64,000 bases of DNA, taken from IMG/VR virus record IMGVR_UViG_3300027418_000370; one strand, written 5' to 3'. The translations under genes were made by a program, and so were the position numbers. Positions 27,461-37,118 of this stretch are shown piece after piece. Every line of letters begins with the position of its first letter. Positions within the stretch are counted from its first letter, which is position 1. The notes below the pieces were generated by a model. That model had not been told where the DNA came from, did not search any database, and saw only the letters and a program-made list of their open reading frames with translations. The DNA is from a virus.

Positions 27461-27487
27461 CTATTTATATAAAAATCTCACATACAC

Positions 27488-28444
27488 ATGGCTTTAGAAG
27501 ATAAAAAATCGTTATTACAGCCTAGCTCTGTACAATCCCAGCAGTATAGATTACAATACTCTGGTCTACAGGATAGAGCTAACGAAGCTGTTAAGTATAC
27601 CGCTCCTGCTGCTAATACTCCTAGAGTATCTCAGTTTGTAGGCACAGTACCATCTGTAGCATTAGCAGCACCAACACCTCAACCTGTTGGATCCTCTACT
27701 ATAGCTAAGAACTATCGAGCATCAGCTGCAGTATTAGACGGAGATACGTATCTTACTGCTTCTATTGGAAGTGATGTAGATCTTAATACGGTAACCAGCG
27801 GTTCATTAAGCCTAGTGTTTATGATTAAGCCGGATACAGTACCTACAGCACAGAAGCAGTACCTATTCCATGCTTATACCGGATCATTTGCCAGCCACTC
27901 TTTAGAAGTAACATTAAGTGGTTATAATCTAGAGATTAGAGGCACAAACGACGGTAAGTACTCAAGATACTACGCAACTATCCCTGCAACAGCCTGGGGT
28001 ACTCAAGAAAACGGGTATACTATTATTGAGATCGGTAAAAATGCTCAAACAGCTGACAGACCATCAGTACCGTTAGGCTTTGCAAGATATTACGCTAAGG
28101 TAGGTAATACTTCTTATAGCTTAATCGCAAGAGGTAACGGAATAGTTACTTCTCATGACCTATCACTAATAGACCACCTAAGCATCGGCGGTACAGCTGC
28201 AGTTGCTAACTCTAACTTCTCAGGATCGATTGCATTTGCAATGATTAAAGGAGACACTCGCTTAACAGCCGACCAATACATTGATCTAAAAGACGGAAAG
28301 AAGTTAGTAGGTTCAATTATTCCACAAGTAAGAGCTTATACTTTCGATAGTAACGGAGCTGTAGAAGATCCAGGTACATTAGCTGATGTTAACGTAACTT
28401 TAGGAGTAACTGGAAGCTATTCCACAACTACAGGATACTATTAA
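27488..28444 (+). CDS. Putative virion protein with LamG-like fold
   Basis: LDGDTYL...LSIGG...NFSGSIA pattern; late motif upstream. Confidence 0.5.
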   Translation: MALEDKKSLLQPSSVQSQQYRLQYSGLQDRANEAVKYTAPAANTPRVSQFVGTVPSVALAAPTPQPVGSSTIAKNYRASAAVLDGDTYLTASIGSDVDLNTVTSGSLSLVFMIKPDTVPTAQKQYLFHAYTGSFASHSLEVTLSGYNLEIRGTNDGKYSRYYATIPATAWGTQENGYTIIEIGKNAQTADRPSVPLGFARYYAKVGNTSYSLIARGNGIVTSHDLSLIDHLSIGGTAAVANSNFSGSIAFAMIKGDTRLTADQYIDLKDGKKLVGSIIPQVRAYTFDSNGAVEDPGTLADVNVTLGVTGSYSTTTGYY

Positions 28445-28466
28445 TTGTTTTTGCACTTCATTAACA

Positions 28467-28474
28467 TATTTATA
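28467..28474 (+). promoter_or_regulatory. Putative late promoter TATTTATA (sheath gene)
   Basis: Same 8-mer 9-33 nt upstream of starts at 10097, 24844, 26698, 27083, 27462, 30237, 30809, 31846 (TATTTATT), 40968, 48601. Confidence 0.75.
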
Positions 28475-28501
28475 TAAAGAATAATATAACCCTTCATAAA
28501 G

Positions 28502-30235
28502 ATGGCAGAGAGAATTTTATCACCAGGTGTATTTTCAAGAGAAAATGACCTATCTTTCATCACCCCAGCTGCTGGCGAGATCTCTACGGCTTTAGTAGGA
28601 CCTACAACTAAAGGTCCTGTTAATATTCCTACTGTAGTTAGATCTTTAGGCGAGTACCTAAATGTATTTGGCGGCACTTTCAAATCAGGTAGTGACTACT
28701 ACAACCACTTTACTACAATCGCAGCTGAAAAGTACTTCGAACAAGGAGGTTCTTCTCTCTTAGTTACTAGAGTATCTGATGATACTTTCTCTAGTGCTAC
28801 TGCTACAGTATATAGTGCTTCTGCTGCATGGTTTACCTTAAAGACTCTAAGTCAAGGTGAGATCATGAACAACAGCGGTAGCGGTACATTAGCAGGAGCT
28901 GACAATGCTCTTGTTTCTGGTTCAGCCGACAACGTAAGATGGGAAATTACTAACGTAGATGCAGCACAGGGTACTGTTTCTCTTGTTATCAGAAGAGGTG
29001 ACGACAACGAAAAGAACAAAATCGTTCTAGAGTCTTATTCTAACCTTTCTTTAGATCCTAAATCTGCTAACTACATCGCCAAAGTAATCGGCGATCAATA
29101 TAAGACAGTTAGCGGTGTTGATGGAGCTGTAACAGTAAACGGTGAGTATGCAAACTCTTCTAAATTCGTTTATGTAGATGCAGTAACATTCAAAACCCCG
29201 GACTACTTCGACAACACTGGAGCTGCTAAAGGAGCTTACTCTGCTTCATTTGAAGCGTTTGTAATCGGTAGCGGATCTGCTCACGGTACATTCGGTTCAG
29301 CAGAAGGAGTTTTATTCCAAGCCGGAGTTGCTGCAACATTTAATCAGAATATTGCTAGCGCAACAGACTCACAAGGTATCGATCCTTCTACTGCTTACGC
29401 TACAGCATTACTATCTCTTGCTAACAAAGACGAATATAAATTCAACGTACTGGTAACACCAGGTCTTACAAAAGATCTTAACTCTTCAGTAGTATCAAGC
29501 TTTATCAGCTTAGTAGAAGGAAGAGGAGATGCAATCTACGTTGTAGATGCTTATAAGTACGGAGGTTCAGTAGCCAATGCAGTATCTAGTGCTGCTGGTA
29601 TGAATAGCTCTTATGCAGCTGCTTACTGGCCATGGGTTAAAGTATCTGACAACCAGTTAGGAAAGAATACATGGGCTCCAGCTTCTGCAGTAATCGGAGG
29701 TGTTTATGCCTTCACTGATAGAGTAGGTGCTGAATGGTTCGCTCCTGCAGGTCTATTAAGAGGCGGTATTCCAGGTGTAGTAACAGCTGAAAGAAAGCTT
29801 TCTCAATCAGACAGAGACACATTATACGGAGGTAAAGTTAACCCACTTGCTACCTTCCCAGGTTCAGGTGTTGTAGCTTACGGTCAGAAGACATTACAGA
29901 CTAAAGCTTCTGCATTAGACAGAGTAAATGTTCGTAGACTTCTTATCAACCTTAAGAACTTCATCGGTGATCAAGCTAACAACTTAGTATTCGAGCAGAA
30001 CACAATCGCTACTCGTAACAGATTCTTAGCCGCCACTAACCCATATCTTGAGACTGTAGTACAGCGTCAAGGACTTTACGCTTACAGAGTTGTAATGGAT
30101 GACACCAACAACACTGCTGACGTTATCGATAGAAACCAATTAGTAGGTCAGATCTTTATCCAACCAACTAAGACTGCGGAATTCATCGTACTCGACTTCG
30201 TTGTTCAGCCAACAGGTGCAACATTTGGAGCGTAA
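28502..30235 (+). CDS. Contractile tail sheath protein
   Basis: SPGVFSRE start; YAAAYWPW, WFAPAG..RG, YGQKTL, RVNVRRL, FEQN, IQPTKTAEFI sheath motifs. Confidence 0.96.
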   Translation: MAERILSPGVFSRENDLSFITPAAGEISTALVGPTTKGPVNIPTVVRSLGEYLNVFGGTFKSGSDYYNHFTTIAAEKYFEQGGSSLLVTRVSDDTFSSATATVYSASAAWFTLKTLSQGEIMNNSGSGTLAGADNALVSGSADNVRWEITNVDAAQGTVSLVIRRGDDNEKNKIVLESYSNLSLDPKSANYIAKVIGDQYKTVSGVDGAVTVNGEYANSSKFVYVDAVTFKTPDYFDNTGAAKGAYSASFEAFVIGSGSAHGTFGSAEGVLFQAGVAATFNQNIASATDSQGIDPSTAYATALLSLANKDEYKFNVLVTPGLTKDLNSSVVSSFISLVEGRGDAIYVVDAYKYGGSVANAVSSAAGMNSSYAAAYWPWVKVSDNQLGKNTWAPASAVIGGVYAFTDRVGAEWFAPAGLLRGGIPGVVTAERKLSQSDRDTLYGGKVNPLATFPGSGVVAYGQKTLQTKASALDRVNVRRLLINLKNFIGDQANNLVFEQNTIATRNRFLAATNPYLETVVQRQGLYAYRVVMDDTNNTADVIDRNQLVGQIFIQPTKTAEFIVLDFVVQPTGATFGA

Positions 30236-30236
30236 C

Positions 30237-30244
30237 TATTTATA
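30237..30244 (+). promoter_or_regulatory. Putative late promoter TATTTATA (tube gene)
   Basis: Located in the sheath-tube gap. Confidence 0.7.
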
Positions 30245-30264
30245 ATAAAGTAAACTAAAGTAAC

Positions 30265-30750
30265 ATGCCAGTACTAGATCCAAACGAAATCATGTTTACC
30301 GCCTTCGAACCGAAGGTATCAAACAGATTTATCATGTACATCGATGGAATTCCATCATATATGGTTAAGAGCGTAACTTCACCTTCTTTTACTGACGGTG
30401 TTATCAAGCTTGACCACATCAACACTTACAGAAAGATCCGCGGTAAGAGAGAATGGCAGAACATGACTCTCTCATTATACGATCCAATCACACCTTCTGG
30501 TGCACAGGCTGTAATGGAGTGGGCTCGTTTAGGATATGAATCAGTAACTGGTAGAGCTGGATACTCTGATTTCTATAAGAAAGACGTAACTTTAAATATG
30601 CTAGGTCCTGTTGGAGATATCGTAGGAGAATGGATCGTTAAAGGTGCATTCGTACAATCTTCTAACTTCGGTACTTACAACTGGTCTACAGATGAAGCCA
30701 TCTCAGTTGAACTAGTATTATCAATGGACTACTGTGTATTAAACTTCTAA
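30265..30750 (+). CDS. Tail tube protein (T4 gp19-like)
   Basis: Follows the sheath gene; EPKVSNRF...W..MTL.LYD...YKKD...EW...GAF. Confidence 0.9.
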   Translation: MPVLDPNEIMFTAFEPKVSNRFIMYIDGIPSYMVKSVTSPSFTDGVIKLDHINTYRKIRGKREWQNMTLSLYDPITPSGAQAVMEWARLGYESVTGRAGYSDFYKKDVTLNMLGPVGDIVGEWIVKGAFVQSSNFGTYNWSTDEAISVELVLSMDYCVLNF

Positions 30751-30772
30751 TACCCCGCCTTGTCAACAAAGG

Positions 30773-30801
30773 AAAGCCCGGTCTTTATGGCCGGGTTTTT
30801 T
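30773..30801 (+). terminator. Rho-independent terminator
   Basis: AAAGCCCGGTC-TTTAT-GGCCGGGTTTT followed by Ts, after the tube gene. Confidence 0.85.
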
Positions 30802-30837
30802 ATTTTCATATATTTATATATAAAGTAATACAGTTAT

Positions 30838-31578
30838 ATGGAATCAAAATTTAAGTTACCTACTGAAACGGTTGAGCTACCGTCAAAAGGCTTACTCTAC
30901 CCAGAAGGGCACCCTTTATCCGCCGGTACAATTGAGATGAAATACATGACCGCACGGGAAGAAGACATCTTAACCAATCAGAACTATATTAGACAAGGCA
31001 CTGTCATCGATAAGCTACTACAGTCTTTAATTGTAACGGAAGTACCTTATGACGAGATCTTGATTGGAGATAAGAATGCTATTATGGTAGCAGCTAGAAT
31101 CTTATCTTACGGTAAAGACTATGATTTTGATCTAGGAAACGGTAAGCAGACTATTGACCTTACAACCTTCAATAATAAAGAGATTCAAGAAGACTTATAT
31201 AAGAGAGGTCAAAATGAATTCGAGTTTACTCTACCTCATACAGACAATACTGTAACCTTTAAGCTTTTAACTCACGGTGATGAAACTAAGATCGAACAAG
31301 AGATTAAAGGCCTTCAGAAGATCAATAAAGATAATATTGCCGAAGCTACTACTCGATTAAAGTATATTATCACATCTATCAACGGATCAAGAGAGAAGAA
31401 GGATGTTAGAGAGTTTGTTGACTACGGACTATTAGCTCGTGATGCTAGAGCATTAAGAGAATACTACACTAAAGTATCTCCAGATCTAGATATGACTTAT
31501 AACTACACAGACTTAGACGGTGCAGAGAGGGAGGCTGCCCTTCCAATTACTGTTAGCTTTTTTTGGCCTGACGCCTGA
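30838..31578 (+). CDS. Tail/baseplate-hub assembly chaperone (T4 gp26-like)
   Basis: LPSKGLLYP...MTAREEDIL...GDKNAIMVAARILSYG; ends FFWP; lies between tube and tape measure. Confidence 0.75.
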   Translation: MESKFKLPTETVELPSKGLLYPEGHPLSAGTIEMKYMTAREEDILTNQNYIRQGTVIDKLLQSLIVTEVPYDEILIGDKNAIMVAARILSYGKDYDFDLGNGKQTIDLTTFNNKEIQEDLYKRGQNEFEFTLPHTDNTVTFKLLTHGDETKIEQEIKGLQKINKDNIAEATTRLKYIITSINGSREKKDVREFVDYGLLARDARALREYYTKVSPDLDMTYNYTDLDGAEREAALPITVSFFWPDA

Positions 31579-31840
31579 GTATAGAACTCTACTGTATCAA
31601 CAGATACACGACATAGTCTTTCACGGTAAAGGAGGGTATGATTGGCAGACAGTCTACAATATGCCAATATGGCTACGTAGATTCACCTTTCAATCAATCA
31701 GAGACTTCTACGAGAAAGAAGCAGAAGCACAAAAAGAAGCTATGGATAAAGCAACCGGAGTACAGCAAGCAGCACCAAGCAATACTGTACAGATTCCGGA
31801 TGCAGTAAAAAAAGCAACATACACTACTAAAAAACAGTAG
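31520..31840 (+). CDS. Second tail-assembly chaperone frame (gp51-like), probably reached by frameshift
   Basis: YNMPIWLRRF motif; overlaps the previous ORF across a T7 run (31558-31564); only a weak GTG start. Confidence 0.65.
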   Translation: MQRGRLPFQLLLAFFGLTPEYRTLLYQQIHDIVFHGKGGYDWQTVYNMPIWLRRFTFQSIRDFYEKEAEAQKEAMDKATGVQQAAPSNTVQIPDAVKKATYTTKKQ

Positions 31841-31869
31841 TAATCTATTTATTAGTATAGCACTACTGT

Positions 31870-34164
31870 ATGGCAGAAGATAATTTAAACTTAGAAGGTA
31901 ATATTGAGAGAGCCGAGGAACTGAAAATGTCCTTTGGCTCTATTAATAATGCTGTTAATGAACTTAACAGAGCATTAAGACGTACCGGTGAAGATACTGC
32001 TGAAGTAGGTAGAGTGTTTGCTCAACTAAAAACCTCTGCAGATAACGTTGCTAAAGTACAACGAAGTATTCAAGAGAGTTCTGCCGGTACTGCTAATGCT
32101 ATTAAGGAACAAAAAGCTAACCAGGATAAAGCTACTCAGTTAGCAAAACAAGCTGGTGAGTTTTATATTCAAGCTCAGACAGCAACCGGTAAAACAAAAG
32201 ATAATCTTCTACAGCAATCAGAAAACCTTTATAGAGCTTCAGGAGAAGCTAGAGTACTTTCTGAATTATATAAAGAAATTGCAATACAGGCAGCTAAACT
32301 AGACTCCTCCACAAAGTTCTTTAGAGCAGCAAGCACATTTATATCCAGTATACCTGGATTTAAAGCATTCGCTGAACCTTTCCAGCAAGCAGAAAAAGCA
32401 GCCAGAGAAGCTGTAGCTAAGACAGGTAGTACTATATCAGGCTTTGGAGCAGGTTTAAAAGCTCTAGGTAAAGGTTTATTTGATATGCTATCTCTTCCTG
32501 CTTTAATTGCAGGTACATTACAGCTTTCAAAGAATACTAAGGACTTAAGTACTAACTTAGGTATTAGCATGAGTGCTGCAAGAGATATTGAAAGAAGTTT
32601 CGATAGGTTTGCACTAAGTACAGAAGATAGCAGAGTAACTACTCAGAAACTACTACAGGCACAGAATACATTATCCGGTCAATTAGGTTTAGCAGTACAG
32701 TTTAGTGGGGAGACTCTACAGAACTTTATCATGCTTACCGAGTATATGGGAGTAAGCACAGAAGCTGCTGCTAAACTCACCCTACTCACAGAAGGACTTG
32801 GAGATAACTCTAAGAAATTCACAGATAATATAGCTGAGTCTGTAACTCTAGCTGGACAGGCATTAGGAGTTAATATACCTCTAAAAGAAGCTTACGAGAC
32901 TATCGGTAAGATGTCTTCAACTACGCTAGTTAATCTACAGAGAAACCCAGAAGCATTAGCCAGAGCAGTAGCAGAAGCAAAAGCATTAGGAGCTACCTTT
33001 GAACAGTTAAGCAGTGTTTCAAGTAGCTTACTTAATTTTGAGACCTCTATCGAGAATGAGCTTCAAGCTGAACTTCTAGTAGGACGTCAGCTTAATCTAG
33101 AAAAAGCTAGAGCAGCAGCACTGACTGGTGATCAAGCAAGCTTAGCAAAAGAACTGAGAACTCAGATCGGCTCGATTAACGAGTTCGAAAAGATGAACGT
33201 AATTCAAAGAGAATCTCTAGCACAGGCCTTTGGATTAAACGTTGAGCAGTTGAGTGAGATGCTTCTAAAGCAAGAAGCATTAAATGCTAATGCTAAATCT
33301 GCCAGAGACCTAACAACAGAGCAGATCAGTCAAGCTAGAGCGTTAGCTAAAGAGAAGAACATAGGATTTGGAGATGCACTATCTCAGATTCAAGAAGAAA
33401 GAGATGCTGCTAAAGCTTTTGAAGATGCATCTAAAAAACTACTAGGTACATTCCAGAGATTATTTATCGAGCTATCTCCTGTACTAGAAAAGATTGCTAA
33501 TATTGCTGGTGATCTAGCTGCTAATCCATTCTTCAAAGGACTTACTCTTGTAGGAGCTGGAACAATGGCTTTATCCTCTATTGCTAAATCTCTAAACCTT
33601 ATGCCTCAAAAGGTGTTTGTTGTTAACCAAGCAGGTGGAACAGGAGCAAGCGGAGGAGGTATGCTAGGTACATACGGAGCCGGAAGCAACGCTTCAGCAC
33701 TATCGGCAGCTAGAGCAAAAGGACTTTCAAATAAGCAAATTGCTGCAGGCTTTGGAGGTAAAGGAGCTATGCAAGGACTAAAGAGCAGTAGAATGGTTAC
33801 CAGAGGAGCAGGAATTGCTGCTATAGGAGGACTAGCTGGCGCTGCAATGATGCAATCTGAAAACGAAGGAATGCAGATCGGTGGAGCAGCTCTATCTGGA
33901 GCAAGTACCGGAGCGATGGTCGGTGGTATGTTCGGCCCAGCCGGTATGGCAGTAGGAGCAGGATTAGGAGCAGCTATTGGAGGTCTTACAGCCTACCTTA
34001 ATAAGAAGGATAAGGATGATGAGAAAGCAAAAGACACTGGTGCTGAAAAATACGATAAGATGATTAAGCTGCTCGAAGAGCAAGCTAAGAAAGATACTAA
34101 GATATTCATGGATGCCAATCAGGTCGGTATCTCTATGGCTTTAGGTAACCCAAGATTGAATTAA
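31870..34164 (+). CDS. Tape measure protein
   Basis: Ala/Leu-rich helical protein with Gly-rich hydrophobic C-terminus, in the canonical position. Confidence 0.85.
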   Translation: MAEDNLNLEGNIERAEELKMSFGSINNAVNELNRALRRTGEDTAEVGRVFAQLKTSADNVAKVQRSIQESSAGTANAIKEQKANQDKATQLAKQAGEFYIQAQTATGKTKDNLLQQSENLYRASGEARVLSELYKEIAIQAAKLDSSTKFFRAASTFISSIPGFKAFAEPFQQAEKAAREAVAKTGSTISGFGAGLKALGKGLFDMLSLPALIAGTLQLSKNTKDLSTNLGISMSAARDIERSFDRFALSTEDSRVTTQKLLQAQNTLSGQLGLAVQFSGETLQNFIMLTEYMGVSTEAAAKLTLLTEGLGDNSKKFTDNIAESVTLAGQALGVNIPLKEAYETIGKMSSTTLVNLQRNPEALARAVAEAKALGATFEQLSSVSSSLLNFETSIENELQAELLVGRQLNLEKARAAALTGDQASLAKELRTQIGSINEFEKMNVIQRESLAQAFGLNVEQLSEMLLKQEALNANAKSARDLTTEQISQARALAKEKNIGFGDALSQIQEERDAAKAFEDASKKLLGTFQRLFIELSPVLEKIANIAGDLAANPFFKGLTLVGAGTMALSSIAKSLNLMPQKVFVVNQAGGTGASGGGMLGTYGAGSNASALSAARAKGLSNKQIAAGFGGKGAMQGLKSSRMVTRGAGIAAIGGLAGAAMMQSENEGMQIGGAALSGASTGAMVGGMFGPAGMAVGAGLGAAIGGLTAYLNKKDKDDEKAKDTGAEKYDKMIKLLEEQAKKDTKIFMDANQVGISMALGNPRLN

Positions 34165-34165
34165 G

Positions 34166-35581
34166 ATGCCTTTACTAGACTTAAAAACTAAATTAAAAGA
34201 TCTAAAGTTTGGTACTTTAGCACCTTATATCCAAAAAGATATAAACAATCCGGGTGTACCTTCCTCTAATCAGATTCAAGCCAGAGCCGAAGATCTAGAA
34301 CGTCTTACTAAAATGCTAGCCGATAGACCGGGTGTAGAATTTGCTACTAAACAAGTAGTACTTGAGGCCAGTAAAGCAGATACTTTAATAGATATCTTTA
34401 ATAAGAATACTGTCGTAAACCCGGCCTTAAGAATCGGTAACATACTTCTACAGATTCCTGTTAATAGAACAGGTACGCATTTCTCTGCATTAGGAGGAGG
34501 ACCTCTCACTAACTACTATACTAGAAATAATAATGCTGCTAGTGAAGCGCTTGCCGGTAAGACAATACGTATTGAGAAACGCTCTCAATTACGTACTAAA
34601 ATAAGTGAGTTAGGTAAGCCTGAGAGATTTAGCACAGTATTAACTAGAACTCAAGCTAGTGCTCAAGCTAAAAACAATAAAAAGGTTGTTCTTGGAGTTA
34701 AGCCCGACTTAGTAGACACACGGTCAACTGATTCTGTTAACCTACTAGACGTAGGAGGAACTCTTAAAGACGATTTACTGATGGGAGTAACCTTCAACGT
34801 ATTTGGAAAAGCAACTACTACGATGAATACCTTCAGGGGCTTTGTTCAGAACATCTCAGATAACTATACAGGTAACTGGCAATCAGTTAACTACGTAGGT
34901 AGAATGGAACAATTCTTTACATATACAGGGTTTACTCGAACGTTTAACTTTCAATTAGTTATTCCAATATTTTCTGCTGCCGAGCAACCAAGAGTCTTTA
35001 ATAAAATTAACTCTCTAGTATCCTATACTGCTCCTACTTATGTGGATAACTTACCTCAAGGTACTATTGTCTATATGACAATGGGTAACTACCTACGTAC
35101 TGCCGGAATAATAAACTCAGTATCTATTACTGTCGCCAACGATGTACCATGGTCTTACAGTCAGAAGAGTGCATACGGAGATAATAAAGCAAGACTACTG
35201 CCTCAAGTTATTACCGCTAATATCCAATTTACTCCAATCCACAGCACAGTACCTCAGCTCTTTACATCCCCATTCAGCAAAGCTACACCAGACGGACAGT
35301 ACATCAATCAAGGAAGTAAGGTAGTTGACAGAGATTTTGCAAGAGAAGAGACATTAGCTACTCTAGGAGATATGGAAGCTCTACAGTTAGATGAAATTGA
35401 CCTTCTTCAAGGCGAATTAGTGCCGTTAATTGATAAATTAACTTCTGCTATTTCAACTGAAGCAGAAGATTTCGCTGCTCTATTTGCTAATAGGTCAAGC
35501 AGATTTGGTGGTTTAACGCCGTCAATTGAAGTAGGAGAAGGATTCTTTAGTGATATTGAAGATCAAGACACTTACTTATGA
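34166..35581 (+). CDS. Baseplate/tail-tube initiator protein
   Basis: FRGFV..ISDNY...W..V.YVGR.E.F..Y.GF.R domain; position after the tape measure gene. Confidence 0.65.
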   Translation: MPLLDLKTKLKDLKFGTLAPYIQKDINNPGVPSSNQIQARAEDLERLTKMLADRPGVEFATKQVVLEASKADTLIDIFNKNTVVNPALRIGNILLQIPVNRTGTHFSALGGGPLTNYYTRNNNAASEALAGKTIRIEKRSQLRTKISELGKPERFSTVLTRTQASAQAKNNKKVVLGVKPDLVDTRSTDSVNLLDVGGTLKDDLLMGVTFNVFGKATTTMNTFRGFVQNISDNYTGNWQSVNYVGRMEQFFTYTGFTRTFNFQLVIPIFSAAEQPRVFNKINSLVSYTAPTYVDNLPQGTIVYMTMGNYLRTAGIINSVSITVANDVPWSYSQKSAYGDNKARLLPQVITANIQFTPIHSTVPQLFTSPFSKATPDGQYINQGSKVVDRDFAREETLATLGDMEALQLDEIDLLQGELVPLIDKLTSAISTEAEDFAALFANRSSRFGGLTPSIEVGEGFFSDIEDQDTYL

Positions 35582-35877
35582 AAAGATACGAAGACATACC
35601 GGTACGTAATGTAGGAGCTAAACCTTACAGGGGAGCAACTATCTATCCAGAAGTACCAGCTTCAGAGCAAGACTACTATGTAGTTACTTCTGTAGGCGAT
35701 AGGTTTGATATTTTATCTAAGCAATTCTACGGCGATCAACAGTACTGGTGGGTAATTGCTTCTGCTAATCCCAATGTTAGAAGAGATACTATGTACATTG
35801 AACCAGGGTTACAGTTGCGTATTCCACCTCTAAGAGCTATATTAAACAGTTACGAACAGTTAAATGCTTCTAGATGA
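35578..35877 (+). CDS. LysM/tail-X-like baseplate wedge protein
   Basis: GDRFDILSKQFYGDQQYWWVIASAN...PGLQLRIP. Confidence 0.85.
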   Translation: MKRYEDIPVRNVGAKPYRGATIYPEVPASEQDYYVVTSVGDRFDILSKQFYGDQQYWWVIASANPNVRRDTMYIEPGLQLRIPPLRAILNSYEQLNASR

Positions 35878-37112
35878 ATTATCTTGTAGGTACACCTATA
35901 GCAGGATCCGTTGCTAAAAGCATCGAAGATCGTCAAAACATCTTTGAAGCTAACGATGGTTCTTTACGTCAAGCTTATATACAGTACCAGTCCCTAGCAC
36001 CTTGGGTAAGACTAAGCTCAGCCGTTAAAATTAAAGCAGGTACTAAGACAGCTGAAAAGTTTGGTACCGGTACTGAACTAGCTAAGAATAACGTACTCTT
36101 TACTCTCTTTAATAAAGAGACAGATGGACTTCCAGGCTATGAAAGAACACAGCTCGGATACAGACCTGCTCCCGGTATACAGGACATGCAGATTCATTCC
36201 CATAATAGATTTGGATCTTTAAGAACAGCTGTAGTAAAGTACCAATGCTGGAGTAGAGAGCAACTAGATGTATTAGAACTCCTTTATATGAGACCCGGGT
36301 TTAACGTGTTCTTAGAATGGGGATGGTCAGGCTACTTAGCTAACGATAACGGCAACTATAACGTTGATACGTTGGTAGAACCTATTGATTTTACAGCCTA
36401 TAACACCAGAGAAGCTGCACAAGCAGCTATGGTTACCAAACGCAATAAGTATACGTACCATTATGATGGTATAGCAGGAGTAGTAAAAAACTTTACCTGG
36501 TCTCTAAGAAACGATGGCGGTTATGATTGCTCTACATATATTGTAACAGCAGGCGATGTAGCAGAGTCCTTAAAAATTAACTTCTATGTCTCTAATGCGG
36601 ACATTAAAAAAGCAATAACAAAAGCAACCAATGCTGTAGATACCGCTGCCCTCGCAGTAACTTCTAAAACAGTTACAGTTCAAGGGATAGACAAACCTGT
36701 AACACTCACAGACATTCAAGCAAAAGCTAAGATTACCCCGCAATTCCCCGACGTTAACGAAATACGGTATAAAAGCGCTATCGCACCACCAGACTTTAAT
36801 AGTGCAGCAGATCCTGAAGCCGGTCAAACATTATCTAAACTTTACGAAGAATATAAAGCAAGAGTGAATGACGCGTTAAAAGTTACTAGACAGACAAGTA
36901 TTGTTAAAGACCCGAAAGACAAGGGCCTCTATATAAATCTAAAAGAAGGTACATTTGGCTTTGAAGGAAGCTACTACCAGCTTAACAATGTCAACGGTCT
37001 TATTGCTCAAGCAGAAAAGTTCGTACAGGATAATCCTGCAGTTGAAATCTTAGTCCGACCAACCCGAATAAATGAAATGGTAGTAATGCGATTTAAAGAT
37101 TATACAATCTAA
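35874..37112 (+). CDS. Baseplate hub protein, N-terminal part
   Basis: RPAPGI...GSLRTA...LYMRPG..V.LEWGW...NF.W...DGGYDC. Confidence 0.6.
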   Translation: MNYLVGTPIAGSVAKSIEDRQNIFEANDGSLRQAYIQYQSLAPWVRLSSAVKIKAGTKTAEKFGTGTELAKNNVLFTLFNKETDGLPGYERTQLGYRPAPGIQDMQIHSHNRFGSLRTAVVKYQCWSREQLDVLELLYMRPGFNVFLEWGWSGYLANDNGNYNVDTLVEPIDFTAYNTREAAQAAMVTKRNKYTYHYDGIAGVVKNFTWSLRNDGGYDCSTYIVTAGDVAESLKINFYVSNADIKKAITKATNAVDTAALAVTSKTVTVQGIDKPVTLTDIQAKAKITPQFPDVNEIRYKSAIAPPDFNSAADPEAGQTLSKLYEEYKARVNDALKVTRQTSIVKDPKDKGLYINLKEGTFGFEGSYYQLNNVNGLIAQAEKFVQDNPAVEILVRPTRINEMVVMRFKDYTI

Positions 37113-37118
37113 TTAACT

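Noticed and set aside
1-28444. Diversity-generating retroelement or invertase shufflon acting on fibres
   Set aside because: No reverse transcriptase or site-specific recombinase in the window; repeat copies differ at synonymous sites rather than only at adenines; no inverted cassettes seen.
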